IMG/VR virus record: IMGVR_UViG_3300031240_000226
Source: an uncultured virus (IMG/VR IMGVR_UViG_3300031240_000226)
Lineage: Duplodnaviria; Heunggongvirae; Uroviricota; Caudoviricetes
Direction: 5' to 3' (one strand)
Length of the DNA: 64,000 nt
The position numbers and the translations under genes are program-made. The first letter of the stretch is position 1. Every line of letters starts with the position of its first letter. Below the pieces are notes generated by a model that ran no database searches, was not told the origin of the DNA, and saw nothing but the letters and a program-made list of their open reading frames with translations. Below, one piece after another: positions 28,511-37,682 of this stretch.

Positions 28511-29082
28511 GCGTATTTCCATTTAAAACCACCAGCGTGATTTCGTTTCCCATTAATGCATTTAATTATATTACCAGAAAATGATTTAGTGGCTATTGCA
28601 GCACGAGTTACTGACTTATACTTTTTTATTGGTTTTCTTGTATGCTTGTCTAACTTAATTACCGGAATGTTATTCCATGTTGCTTCCTTACCATCAAAAA
28701 AAGATTTTCTCTTTAATACATTATAAGAGTGTTGAACATCTTCTGATTTAGTAGCCCACTCTAAATTTTTTACTCGGTTATTAGTTTTAATCCCATCCTT
28801 ATGATTTACGAATCGTTTACCTTTAATTTTAGGCATGAAGGTTTCAGCCACTAAACGATGAATTTTTTTGTTTCGTTTTGCTCCTGTAAAACTACGGTCA
28901 ATAGTTACTTGATAATAACCCTTATCATCCAAAACCGGAGTTAATATTTTTTCAGGAATTGTTCTAAATCTTTTACCTGAGTCTTTTCCAAACTGAACCC
29001 GTCTTGATAAAGATTTTACTCTACCAAAATTACTTATCTGATAATTCAGATTACCTTTTATATTTGACCAAGTTTCTTTCAT
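28507..29082 (-). CDS. NUMOD4-HNH homing endonuclease
   Basis: YQISNFGRVKSL, IHRLVAETF, VNHKDGIKTNNRVKNLEW, AGGFKWKY. Confidence 0.92.
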   Translation of the reverse strand: MKETWSNIKGNLNYQISNFGRVKSLSRRVQFGKDSGKRFRTIPEKILTPVLDDKGYYQVTIDRSFTGAKRNKKIHRLVAETFMPKIKGKRFVNHKDGIKTNNRVKNLEWATKSEDVQHSYNVLKRKSFFDGKEATWNNIPVIKLDKHTRKPIKKYKSVTRAAIATKSFSGNIIKCINGKRNHAGGFKWKYA

Positions 29083-29711
29083 AACTTCTTCACAATACAA
29101 AGTCCCATGCTCACAAATATCCACTCGATGTTCTTCTCGAAGTAGTCACCGTCGTAAATCTTCACCTGTTCCGCCTTATCCGAGCACAATTTGTCATGCG
29201 GAATAACTCCATTCATTTGAACAGCATCTACTAATTTATTTTTGATGTATTCAATGAATGATCCTTTATCTGCCCAATGATGGTATGAGCACAGGAGATC
29301 CTCAATAAAATAAAGTCCGCCAGATTTAAGATATGGAAACAAGGTCGTAAAAGCGATTATTTGATCATCCCCCCTATGCCCTGCATCATCAGCGATGACA
29401 TCGAAAGAATATTCAGAAAATGCTTTATTTAAAAAACTCACATCGTTTTGATTCCCATGGACGGTCCTAATTCTGTCTTCTTGATACTGACTCATGTCCT
29501 CGTAGTCTAATCCTACAATAAATCCATCAGGGAAATATTCCTTCCACATCCTCAAAGAGTCCCCATGCCATATTCCCTGTTCTAGCAAAGTGATAGGTTT
29601 GTCTCTCAAAGGAGCCAAAAACATCTCATAATACTTCAAATAATTATGGCATCCACCGGACCGTTTATCGGTTCCTGTTTCGTGGCCAATTTGATCTAGG
29701 GTCTTTCTCAT
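29079..29711 (-). CDS. Class I SAM-dependent (sugar O-) methyltransferase
   Basis: GTDK...HNY, LLEQGI..GDSL..W..YFP, DDAGH, GGLYFIED. Confidence 0.82.
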   Translation of the reverse strand: MRKTLDQIGHETGTDKRSGGCHNYLKYYEMFLAPLRDKPITLLEQGIWHGDSLRMWKEYFPDGFIVGLDYEDMSQYQEDRIRTVHGNQNDVSFLNKAFSEYSFDVIADDAGHRGDDQIIAFTTLFPYLKSGGLYFIEDLLCSYHHWADKGSFIEYIKNKLVDAVQMNGVIPHDKLCSDKAEQVKIYDGDYFEKNIEWIFVSMGLCIVKKL

Positions 29712-30241
29712 AAAATTATTTTATACCATACGGAACTGTTTATATCAATTCCAACTGTACCTTCAAACAAATCCATTAGCACCTGTTCAACCTCTGGCCT
29801 TGTCGCATCATGCCCTGCAATAATCCCTCCTTTGCGAACTTTAGGCAACCAGGCTAAAATATCTCGCTTCACCCAATCGTGATCATGATTAGCGTCAAGG
29901 AACACGAAGTCAACGGAAGCATCTTGGAATTCATTAGCCGCTTGCGATGAATCCATTGCAATATCGGAGATCAGATGACGAGTATTAGTTTTATTTAATT
30001 GCTCTCCATAAAGTTTGGAAATAATCTTCACATCCTCCATCAACTCAGGTGAGTCTTTATACTGAGTGGTATCTTCCCAAAGATCGACCGCGAACACCAT
30101 GCATTCCTTATGCCGTAACTTATCGGCAAGGTAGCTTACTGAATTGCCTTTCCAGCAACCCACTTCTACAAATACTCGGTATCCTTCAATCTTGGAGATG
30201 AAGTCGTAAAAGTCGGGGTAGTTGAACCAGTTAGTTTCCAT
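29708..30241 (-). CDS. Methyltransf_24-type SAM methyltransferase
   Basis: VEVGCWKG.S, DFVFLDANH, WLPKVRKGGIIAGHD. Confidence 0.88.
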   Translation of the reverse strand: METNWFNYPDFYDFISKIEGYRVFVEVGCWKGNSVSYLADKLRHKECMVFAVDLWEDTTQYKDSPELMEDVKIISKLYGEQLNKTNTRHLISDIAMDSSQAANEFQDASVDFVFLDANHDHDWVKRDILAWLPKVRKGGIIAGHDATRPEVEQVLMDLFEGTVGIDINSSVWYKIIL

Positions 30242-30995
30242 TATAGATCAGATGAGATAATTCTTCTTTGTGCTCTTGAATGTACTGAGGGAGAGTTTCT
30301 AAAGGCACTACTTTCCAAAAATCCGTTGACCAAAGGCTCTCGATTGTCTTCAACTTATGTGAAATATTTTCTCTAGTGAAATGTCTTTGAACACTTTCTT
30401 CTTGATGACTGAATGCATCAGCTTTATCAAGGATAGCATCGAGTCCACCGAGGTACGACCAGTGCCAGCCAGCGCGTTCTATAGTCTCGGGCTTGCCGGC
30501 ATTACGAATCTCTTCCGCTGATTTACTTTTTAAGTGACGCCAAGTGCAAATCTTTGCAATCTCCCAGCCTTGTTCTTGTTCCATCACATTTAGGTAGAAC
30601 CCGAATTTATCCATCTTCAATGCCGCTATCTCGCCATGCCAGTCAATAATCTTCGACACATCAGTCACTTCATCACAGTCAGCAATGATAATTTTTGTAT
30701 CGTCATCGATCGGATACAATGAAGACAGTTTAGCTACGGCCTGGGTGATGTAGTTGCGCTGAGCAGCTTCGTTATGCCATGGATTCCCATCGTTGGGGAC
30801 ATCCGCTATGAAGTGAGAGATCGGATACTTTCTGAAGTCCTCTTGATTATCTTGAAAGTACAGTCGCTTTGGTTTCCCAGAGAAGGTCCACGGGCTTTCG
30901 ATTACGACTTGTAAAATTTCTGGATGCTTCATAATCTCGCACTTGATGCGGAGCATATCGAATTCCTTAAAAAATAAATTGCATGAGATGATCAT
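30231..30995 (-). CDS. GT17-like glycosyltransferase (beta-1,4-GlcNAc transferase family)
   Basis: FFKEFDML.I, VIES..TFSGKPK, E..QRN, DCDE, GWHWSY, FSHQE. Confidence 0.82.
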   Translation of the reverse strand: MIISCNLFFKEFDMLRIKCEIMKHPEILQVVIESPWTFSGKPKRLYFQDNQEDFRKYPISHFIADVPNDGNPWHNEAAQRNYITQAVAKLSSLYPIDDDTKIIIADCDEVTDVSKIIDWHGEIAALKMDKFGFYLNVMEQEQGWEIAKICTWRHLKSKSAEEIRNAGKPETIERAGWHWSYLGGLDAILDKADAFSHQEESVQRHFTRENISHKLKTIESLWSTDFWKVVPLETLPQYIQEHKEELSHLIYNGN

Positions 30996-31432
30996 GATTG
31001 TATTGTTAATTCTTCACTAAGTAAAATAAACCAAAGATTCTGTAATTGATGGACATATCTGATTATCGAAGTGCCCATGATTAACTGATGCTTAGTTGTT
31101 GTTGAAACATTAGGGATGTGCTCAACAAATTCTTGACCTATATAAAATCTGACATCGAATTCATCAGGCGCAATACGAACTCCATTCATCTGAATGTAAA
31201 ATGAGCACGGTTTTTTTGGATAAAATCGTTTTTCTTTCAATTCGAATCCAAATTTTATCAACCATTCTTCGGTGATTGGAATAGGATTAATTTTATTATC
31301 TCCAATGATTCCAGAAATAATATTATTGAAAGCGCGTACATCATAGAATCCAGACGAATTAATCTGTGCTATGGGGAATACGTGCTCATCCCAATAGACT
31401 AAATTACCAATTCGCAATTCTTCTGGTTTCAT
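30992..31432 (-). CDS. Hypothetical phage protein
   Basis: ELRIGN...PIPITEEWL.KFGF...YVHQLQNL, typical of Bacteroidota phages. Confidence 0.75.
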   Translation of the reverse strand: MKPEELRIGNLVYWDEHVFPIAQINSSGFYDVRAFNNIISGIIGDNKINPIPITEEWLIKFGFELKEKRFYPKKPCSFYIQMNGVRIAPDEFDVRFYIGQEFVEHIPNVSTTTKHQLIMGTSIIRYVHQLQNLWFILLSEELTIQS

Positions 31433-32841
31433 ATTCCCATCTGTTTAATTGCATCTAAAATTATTTCAGTAGAAAGCACAGTACACGGCGGAGTTGACTC
31501 ATTCACCGGACATAATCGGCCAGTCGTGCCAGGTTGCATACTCCAGCATCCGTCTTGTTGAATTGGACAGGCAGCACGTAAGGCGTAAATGTTAGTTAAG
31601 TCTGGATGAATGAATTCAGGATTTACAGACCCGAATAGTAACAAGCACTTCACATCAAGAGCCACTGCGATATGACTAGGTCCTGAATCGATGCCTATGA
31701 AGTATGCTGCCCCGGCGATGGTCCACATAAGAAACGCTTCTCCGATTGTATTAAACTGCACTCCTACCTTGAACTTTGAGTTACGACCGATTTGAATAAC
31801 TAAGTAACCTAGCGCTTCGAGATGGGAAGCAATCGCATACCAATCAACACCATTAACATTTCTATGCGGTGTGTCTCGTTCATCGATGTGAAGGACAATA
31901 TATTTTTGCTTAAACAATCGGTGCTCATCTTTCAAAGGATAATTCAATTTTGGATTTCTGAGCACATAATCCTTAACGCCACACATTTCGAAATAAGATT
32001 TCAAATGAAGTTGTGCTGGCTTGACTTCGTAGGCCATGTTCAAATCGATGACCTTGTGCTTAATTCTTTGATGATCAAAGTGAGCATAGTCGATCACTTG
32101 ATAATGATGCCTGGCGTATGGAAGATAAAAAGGAGAATCAAAAACGATTGGATGGCCGAGTTTATGAAAGTGATCAAATACGGGTTCGAGAGAAATGCAA
32201 TCACCTAACGCGCCATCACGTTTGAAAACTATTGGCTCTTTAAGATACGGCGCATGGAACTTTTGGTGGAAGCCGAATGTAGGTTGCGCTGGTTGGCGGA
32301 GTTCAAAAGAGAATTTGTCAGCAACATTATCTGGTGCCCAATGTAGATTATAGACTTGCTCAAGGTGATCACGATAGATACGACATATTGCATTGTCCTC
32401 TGGATGCAATGGTTTAATGAGTGTATCTTGTGCGAGTGCTTTATGTAGCAAGCGACTACGCAAAGAAAATCCACCATTTCCATTATTGTACCCATCAGTC
32501 TCTAACCAAGGAGCTCCAATATAATCCCACAGCAAAAAGTCATCATCCCATTGATCTCCATCCAATACATAGCCATCCGCCTGAATAACCAAAATATGGG
32601 AAGTTTCTATTGGTTGCTTCCCGAGTTCTTTCATCATCCAGGCAGAATATTCTTTTTTAGAATTGATGCGCGGAATGTTGATGACTTCAATGTTTGGAAT
32701 GTTCAACTCGATATCAGTGAACATAATTGTTCGCGCCGGAGTGATTTGCTTTAATGTTTGAAGCACGGCGTTGACTGCATCACCGTAGCTAACAGTATCG
32801 ACGATTACGAGGGTGACGTTGGGGAGTTGAACTGGAATCAT
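31429..32841 (-). CDS. DUF5672 domain fused to GT9 (heptosyltransferase-like) domain
   Basis: IQADG, WDYIGAPW, NGGFSLRS, PED, FGFH; then GALGD, FIGIDSGPSHIAVAL, LFG. Confidence 0.82.
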   Translation of the reverse strand: MIPVQLPNVTLVIVDTVSYGDAVNAVLQTLKQITPARTIMFTDIELNIPNIEVINIPRINSKKEYSAWMMKELGKQPIETSHILVIQADGYVLDGDQWDDDFLLWDYIGAPWLETDGYNNGNGGFSLRSRLLHKALAQDTLIKPLHPEDNAICRIYRDHLEQVYNLHWAPDNVADKFSFELRQPAQPTFGFHQKFHAPYLKEPIVFKRDGALGDCISLEPVFDHFHKLGHPIVFDSPFYLPYARHHYQVIDYAHFDHQRIKHKVIDLNMAYEVKPAQLHLKSYFEMCGVKDYVLRNPKLNYPLKDEHRLFKQKYIVLHIDERDTPHRNVNGVDWYAIASHLEALGYLVIQIGRNSKFKVGVQFNTIGEAFLMWTIAGAAYFIGIDSGPSHIAVALDVKCLLLFGSVNPEFIHPDLTNIYALRAACPIQQDGCWSMQPGTTGRLCPVNESTPPCTVLSTEIILDAIKQMGI

Positions 32842-33053
32842 GTGGTGGCTTTATTAATTGATGGAGGTTGACAACCACACTGTGGTATGAATGGTGAATG
32901 AACGGTTTGGCATCGGGGACAAATCCAGCCTATTAATGATGGAGGAGGAGTTGGAACACTATTTGGAATACCATTCTTACAGAATGTACCTAGACTACAA
33001 GGAGCACTTGTCTTATCATAAACGCATTCTCTTGCTGTATTCGGGCAGATCAT
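32838..33053 (-). CDS. Small Cys-rich protein
   Basis: GWICPRCQTVHSP..PQCGC. Confidence 0.65.
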   Translation of the reverse strand: MICPNTARECVYDKTSAPCSLGTFCKNGIPNSVPTPPPSLIGWICPRCQTVHSPFIPQCGCQPPSINKATT

Positions 33054-33928
33054 TTTCTCTTCGCTAAAAGTTCAACATAGTACTCGAAATTTTGCTGATA
33101 GTAAAAGTCATACGCATGCTCACCACATGGAATAACATTGTTAAGGTAAGGACAAACTTCCAAAATTCGCGGTACTTTTAACCCTTCCGCAAGAGAGAAA
33201 CATAGAGACTGATTGCCGATGAAGAATGAGCAGGAACGGATCACTTGAGCCAATTGCAAGAAGTTATCAGCAACAAAGAAATGCATCGCTACTTTTGGGT
33301 TCTCTTTAGCAAATTCAACATACTCATTCTCAAGTCCGATAAATAGCAATCGACCATTGTATTTCTCCAAAAAAGAATAGTCGATAGTTGTATTTCTGGA
33401 CCGTTGAGTTCGGTTGATGATAATTGTGTCGTGTGGGATAGTATCATTCGGCTCGATATCTAACCATGGTTTACTGAGATCACACGCCATATCTGGATAT
33501 GTGTAGAACTGCCAGCGGTAGATATTGCCATACGGCATGCCGATTGGTACCAGATGATGCTTGTCGAGGTCCACCATTTCTTGGGGCTGACGATACCACG
33601 CCGCTGCAGTCTTGAAATCACCATGAGTCTTGAAGGCTTCTACCCAGGCATGGAAGCGTTCGGGAAAGGCTTCTTCGAAAGATTCGACGCCAGCAATATA
33701 GGACTGACTCATTAATAATGGTCGAAGCATCTCCATGGTCCGTGCGGTCATGGTCACTTTAGATTCGCGGCCTTCGGCTATTTGCGGCGCCATTTGCCAT
33801 TCGATATCAAGGCCAAGATAGATCATTGCCTTGGTGCCCATGCGCTCACATGAGGCTCTGATGCCGGGCAGCGCGTTGATTAAATCACCGGGTAAAATTG
33901 AGAATTTGAAGGGAGTAATTTTTTGCAT
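33050..33928 (-). CDS. GT9-like (GT-B) glycosyltransferase
   Basis: PGDLINALP, LFIG...E, FIGNQS....AEGLKVPRILE. Confidence 0.7.
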   Translation of the reverse strand: MQKITPFKFSILPGDLINALPGIRASCERMGTKAMIYLGLDIEWQMAPQIAEGRESKVTMTARTMEMLRPLLMSQSYIAGVESFEEAFPERFHAWVEAFKTHGDFKTAAAWYRQPQEMVDLDKHHLVPIGMPYGNIYRWQFYTYPDMACDLSKPWLDIEPNDTIPHDTIIINRTQRSRNTTIDYSFLEKYNGRLLFIGLENEYVEFAKENPKVAMHFFVADNFLQLAQVIRSCSFFIGNQSLCFSLAEGLKVPRILEVCPYLNNVIPCGEHAYDFYYQQNFEYYVELLAKRK

Positions 33929-33959
33929 AACTTCGTTGCTTTAACCCCCATTATAAAGA

Positions 33960-34220
33960 ATGGCAAATGCTATTGCAGTAAATGCGTATCGTGTTGAGTT
34001 CAACCCAGTCACAGGCAATAATTATGTTGTGCTGGGATACCCCACCTCGATAAAGCAAGAAGAAATCCTTCAATTATTTCCAGTAAACGTTTTGCAAGGA
34101 ACAGACCTTCCCGGTCTTCCTTATCTGTACTGTAAAATTGTGCAGAAGCGTCCTGAATTGGAGCAAGAGATTTTTGTGATGAATTCCGTTCAGGATATTC
34201 AGAACAAGCTGAATTCTTAA
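33960..34220 (+). CDS. Hypothetical protein
   Basis: Divergent ORF followed by hairpins. Confidence 0.65.
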   Translation: MANAIAVNAYRVEFNPVTGNNYVVLGYPTSIKQEEILQLFPVNVLQGTDLPGLPYLYCKIVQKRPELEQEIFVMNSVQDIQNKLNS

Positions 34221-34287
34221 AAAGAAAGGGGAGATGTGAATACTCCCCTACTTTACCCCAAATCCTCATAAAACTTTGTCGGTTACC

Positions 34288-34320
34288 GGCCCGGATACGT
34301 GTTATCCTTGGGCCTTTTTT
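34288..34320 (+). terminator. Intrinsic terminator
   Basis: GGCCC-GGATA...TATCC-TT-GGGCC then TTTTTT; a second hairpin AGGGGAG/CTCCCCT at 34227-34249. Confidence 0.7.
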
Positions 34321-34348
34321 AATCTGATTCAAAGATAAAGGAAAATTA

Positions 34349-34380
34349 TTTGCAACCAAATACAAATAAATTTATATTTG
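34349..34380 (+). promoter_or_regulatory. Consensus Bacteroidota promoter with operator-like site in the spacer
   Basis: TTTG (34349) - N20 - TATATTTG (34373-34380); ATACAAAT-AA-ATTTATAT at 34360-34377. Confidence 0.7.
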
Positions 34381-34384
34381 AATG

Positions 34385-34543
34385 ATGATTCAGCAATTAT
34401 ATGATATTTTGGATAAGAATGGAATTGTTATGCCACGATATCACAACGGGAAAGGAAGGACCGAAGATCAAGCAAAAAGAATTTTGAGTAGTCTGAACAA
34501 AAATGGTGAATATCGTCCGTATACAATGCAAGTCATCAAATGA
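34385..34543 (+). CDS. Small hypothetical protein
   Basis: MIQQLYDILDKNG...YTMQVIK; stop overlaps ATG 34540. Confidence 0.5.
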   Translation: MIQQLYDILDKNGIVMPRYHNGKGRTEDQAKRILSSLNKNGEYRPYTMQVIK

Positions 34544-35262
34544 TCCAACTCTTCGATTACCACCTCATCAAAATTGATTCTGTCTATGATCAGCGGCCAA
34601 CTGAAACTGGGCTAATTCGACTCAATGCCGCTTGGTATCGCGAAGAAAAAGAACTCGATCGATATGAGCGCAAACTTCTCACGGGGACAATCGCTCAGGT
34701 GCCCATTGGATACACAGAAACGAATTTCATGCCCATTGATCCGGGCATTCCGAATCCAAAGATTTTCATTGGGCATGACATCATCAACAACCAGCGGAAT
34801 ATAGGATACGATTGGTCTAATGCACAATACCATCCTGGCGAGAAGGAAATGATCGACTTTGAAACCATCGCTGAATGGGGGGCAAAGATTGATGCGAGGC
34901 TGGGCGAGAAATGCTATTTCCATCCATCAGTAACGGAGGCCGAAAATTTCGTGGAAGAAGGTCTGTATCGGTGCGCAGTGCATGAACTCATTTGCGTGAT
35001 CCGTGATGGCAGGCCAGTGCCCCAGGGAGGTTATGTTCTGATCAAGCCGATTGTAGATGAGCAACTCGAGAGTGAGACGGGGCTTATCACGAAATTGGAA
35101 GGAGAGAATGATTTAGCCTATGGGACCGTGGCTTATTCATCCGGAGACATCAAAGAAGGCGAGAAAGTTATTTTTCTTGAGTATTCTGATTGGAAGTTGA
35201 ATATTGAAGGCGAAGAGTTATTTGCGATGCGGGAGGAAGAGGTGCTCGGGTTAGAAGTTTAA
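34540..35262 (+). CDS. Tandem GroES-like co-chaperonin (crAss-like type)
   Basis: Two GroES-like halves: TETGLI...G.I..VP and YVLIKP...SETGLI...GTV...EGEKVIF...IEGEELFAMREEEV. Confidence 0.7.
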   Translation: MIQLFDYHLIKIDSVYDQRPTETGLIRLNAAWYREEKELDRYERKLLTGTIAQVPIGYTETNFMPIDPGIPNPKIFIGHDIINNQRNIGYDWSNAQYHPGEKEMIDFETIAEWGAKIDARLGEKCYFHPSVTEAENFVEEGLYRCAVHELICVIRDGRPVPQGGYVLIKPIVDEQLESETGLITKLEGENDLAYGTVAYSSGDIKEGEKVIFLEYSDWKLNIEGEELFAMREEEVLGLEV

Positions 35263-35820
35263 ATCCTCCGCCCTATTCAGGCACACATCTGTAGATATCC
35301 CCATCACCGATCCCTTCGAAGTAAACTGCCAGATTTTTATTTTATCCCAGCCGCGAGGGATAGCAAACCCCTTTGAATAGTGAATCATCATTAATGGCAG
35401 ATGTCCAAAAGGATGCATGCCAGGCAAATGAGTATTTAAGAAGTGAGCGGGAGCTGAGAGCATCATTTTAGGATATCCATTCTGAATCATATCCATCACG
35501 AAAGTAGAAATCCACAACTGCACATGGTCCGCGGGAAGTGTAATCTCATCACCTTTGATTTGAAGTACACATGGCAATGATGATGGAGGCATTTCTTTGA
35601 TGATATTCCGGAAAGATTTTGCCTCAGACAACGCATCATTCAAAGCGGTGGTGTGGTAGTAGCCGAACTGAATACCGGCATACGCGGCACCATAAGCATT
35701 GAGGAAACGATTTGAATCCGTTTTGATGTAGGCAAACTTGATATCTTGCGGATCCAGTTTAACCAAGTCCCAATTGACGGAACCGTTAACAACAGAAACA
35801 TCGATGCCTATCTTATCCAT
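35251..35820 (-). CDS. GH25 lysozyme homologue, catalytic residues degenerate
   Basis: GIDVS, FAYIK, GYYH, IWQFTSKG.V.GI; the DxE position reads QIK. Confidence 0.75.
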   Translation of the reverse strand: MDKIGIDVSVVNGSVNWDLVKLDPQDIKFAYIKTDSNRFLNAYGAAYAGIQFGYYHTTALNDALSEAKSFRNIIKEMPPSSLPCVLQIKGDEITLPADHVQLWISTFVMDMIQNGYPKMMLSAPAHFLNTHLPGMHPFGHLPLMMIHYSKGFAIPRGWDKIKIWQFTSKGSVMGISTDVCLNRAEDLNF

Positions 35821-36182
35821 ATCAGCAATATCAATTCAATGGAAGCAATCACAATCCATAGTTTTGTTTTCTTCTTTTGCCGGAATACCTCACCCTTCAA
35901 TATCACATTCGCCTGCTGCCAATCCCAATTTTCTTTGTCTTTAGTCCAGATTACTTCGTTGAGTTTAATTTCAACGGATTGATGATCCTTGATGATATTC
36001 CGAAGATCAGTGGTATCTGCCTTGAGTGAATCGACTTCGATTTTATAGATGTCTCCTTTGAGTAAGTCTTTAACGATCGCCTCTTCGCGCCACCGTGATA
36101 GAATCTGGGTATCTTGCCCGTAGGAAACTATCAAGTTTAGAAGAAGGAGCGTTATCGTAGCGATGAATGATAACGGTTTCAT
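35808..36182 (-). CDS. Putative spanin-like / lysis accessory protein
   Basis: Signal-like N-terminus MKPLSFIATITLLLL, coiled coil, C-terminal TM; overlaps upstream gene. Confidence 0.5.
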   Translation of the reverse strand: MKPLSFIATITLLLLNLIVSYGQDTQILSRWREEAIVKDLLKGDIYKIEVDSLKADTTDLRNIIKDHQSVEIKLNEVIWTKDKENWDWQQANVILKGEVFRQKKKTKLWIVIASIELILLIWIR

Positions 36183-36426
36183 ATTTGATTTTTTTGTCGG
36201 TTGCGGAGTCACGGTTGGCCACTCGATGAGATAATTCTTGAATAGTCCTCAAGAACATGTTGGCCGAGTCACGAGCTTCTTTAGCACGTAACTTTTGATA
36301 TAGAATATCTTTCTCAAGTTCTTTGAGATTGTTAACTGGCTTCTTATCAAGCCAGATGAATGCGGTAATGAACCCAGCCATAAATAAGCCAATGCCGATG
36401 AGGATGTTATTTCTGTTCATTAGCAT
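36070..36426 (-). CDS. Putative i-spanin-like protein
   Basis: N-terminal TM plus coiled coil, in lysis cassette. Confidence 0.5.
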   Translation of the reverse strand: MLMNRNNILIGIGLFMAGFITAFIWLDKKPVNNLKELEKDILYQKLRAKEARDSANMFLRTIQELSHRVANRDSATDKKIKYETVIIHRYDNAPSSKLDSFLRARYPDSITVARRGDR

Positions 36427-36766
36427 CAGTTTTAGTTATTACTGTTGAAGTACTATCTGTTGTCGTAGTTGTACTTCCAGATTTTAATTGATTCAATTGT
36501 GATATTGTCACTAATCCAAGGGATAAAAGAACAAAACCAAGCCAAGTCATTACGAGAGTATCTGCATTGCTTGCATCAGTATGTTTAACAGTAATTAATC
36601 CAGCTACCGATAATCCTGCGTAAGCCACAATTTTACGAGCACTAAATCCTCCTTTTTCTGTTGTTAGACTATCAATCAAATCATGGATGAATTTTAACCC
36701 CTTAATAGCTATACCGACTATTAAAATTAGTGCAGTAAATATTGATACAATGATTAATATTTTCAT
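36407..36766 (-). CDS. Putative holin
   Basis: Three hydrophobic segments, FSARK motif, next to lysin. Confidence 0.55.
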   Translation of the reverse strand: MKILIIVSIFTALILIVGIAIKGLKFIHDLIDSLTTEKGGFSARKIVAYAGLSVAGLITVKHTDASNADTLVMTWLGFVLLSLGLVTISQLNQLKSGSTTTTTDSTSTVITKTDANEQK

Positions 36767-37371
36767 ACAACTTCCTGAAAAAGTGTATAGTTAGTGTTTT
36801 TTAATTTCAATGTATAAAGTCCTCTCAAAATTAAATTCAAGGCAGCCTCGAAATTATGCCCATCCTTCACAACTTGGCATCCACTCGATGCATTGTACAC
36901 GACATCATTAACATCTGAATCTGTTCTCACAGTGTGAAAATCAATTCCTGCTGTGTCCGAAAATAAAGGACCAGTCATATCAAATTTGCCATCTGAATTT
37001 TTGTCTCTCCATCCTTTGAAGACATTTGGTGCCGACTGAATCAAAGCTAAATATTTTCCATTATGAAGACCGGGTGCCCAGCAATTCAAATATTGACCTG
37101 CAGCCATGATGAAAGTACCTTCTGAATTACCGAGTTCTTCTTTTAAATAATAAAGACCAGGCTTTGTAGTTCCTGGAAAAATCAAGCACTGATTATTGCC
37201 ATAAATATCTTTATAAGCAATCCCTAACAGGTCATTGAAGTGATCTACTGTTGCTAAGTCCTTACTTCGATATCCAAAAATGTTCACGAATTCATTGTCT
37301 TCTTTGAAGATGTAACCCTTCTGAGAGAACATTGACTTAATGAAATTGTAAGTGATGGCGGTTGGTATCAT
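36763..37371 (-). CDS. Putative endolysin (L,D-transpeptidase-like His/Cys type)
   Basis: NIFGYR, FND, GTTKPG, GIDFH...SSGCQV, YTL. Confidence 0.65.
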   Translation of the reverse strand: MIPTAITYNFIKSMFSQKGYIFKEDNEFVNIFGYRSKDLATVDHFNDLLGIAYKDIYGNNQCLIFPGTTKPGLYYLKEELGNSEGTFIMAAGQYLNCWAPGLHNGKYLALIQSAPNVFKGWRDKNSDGKFDMTGPLFSDTAGIDFHTVRTDSDVNDVVYNASSGCQVVKDGHNFEAALNLILRGLYTLKLKNTNYTLFQEVV

Positions 37372-37682
37372 TTTTTATTCTTGGTCAAAAAATCAAAAAC
37401 ATTTTCAATGTTCAATCGGTACAAAGCATAAGACCCAATTTTCTCGCCCGACATAGTGATTACTGCGATCACCAATGGCAACCAATGATCAGAAACATCA
37501 TTCATGACCAATGGCGCAAAGATATAAGCCGATCCTATTCCGCAGACAAAGGAAATAATAATCTGTTTCACTGTAATATTCTCTTTTCTACTTAGAATAG
37601 CCAACTTGACACTCAATCCCATAAGAGCAGGTAATAAAATTTTTATTAGTAAGGCTTTAAACTCCTTCCATTCGTCTATCAT
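37368..37682 (-). CDS. Putative holin
   Basis: Two to three TM helices upstream of lysin. Confidence 0.6.
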   Translation of the reverse strand: MIDEWKEFKALLIKILLPALMGLSVKLAILSRKENITVKQIIISFVCGIGSAYIFAPLVMNDVSDHWLPLVIAVITMSGEKIGSYALYRLNIENVFDFLTKNKK

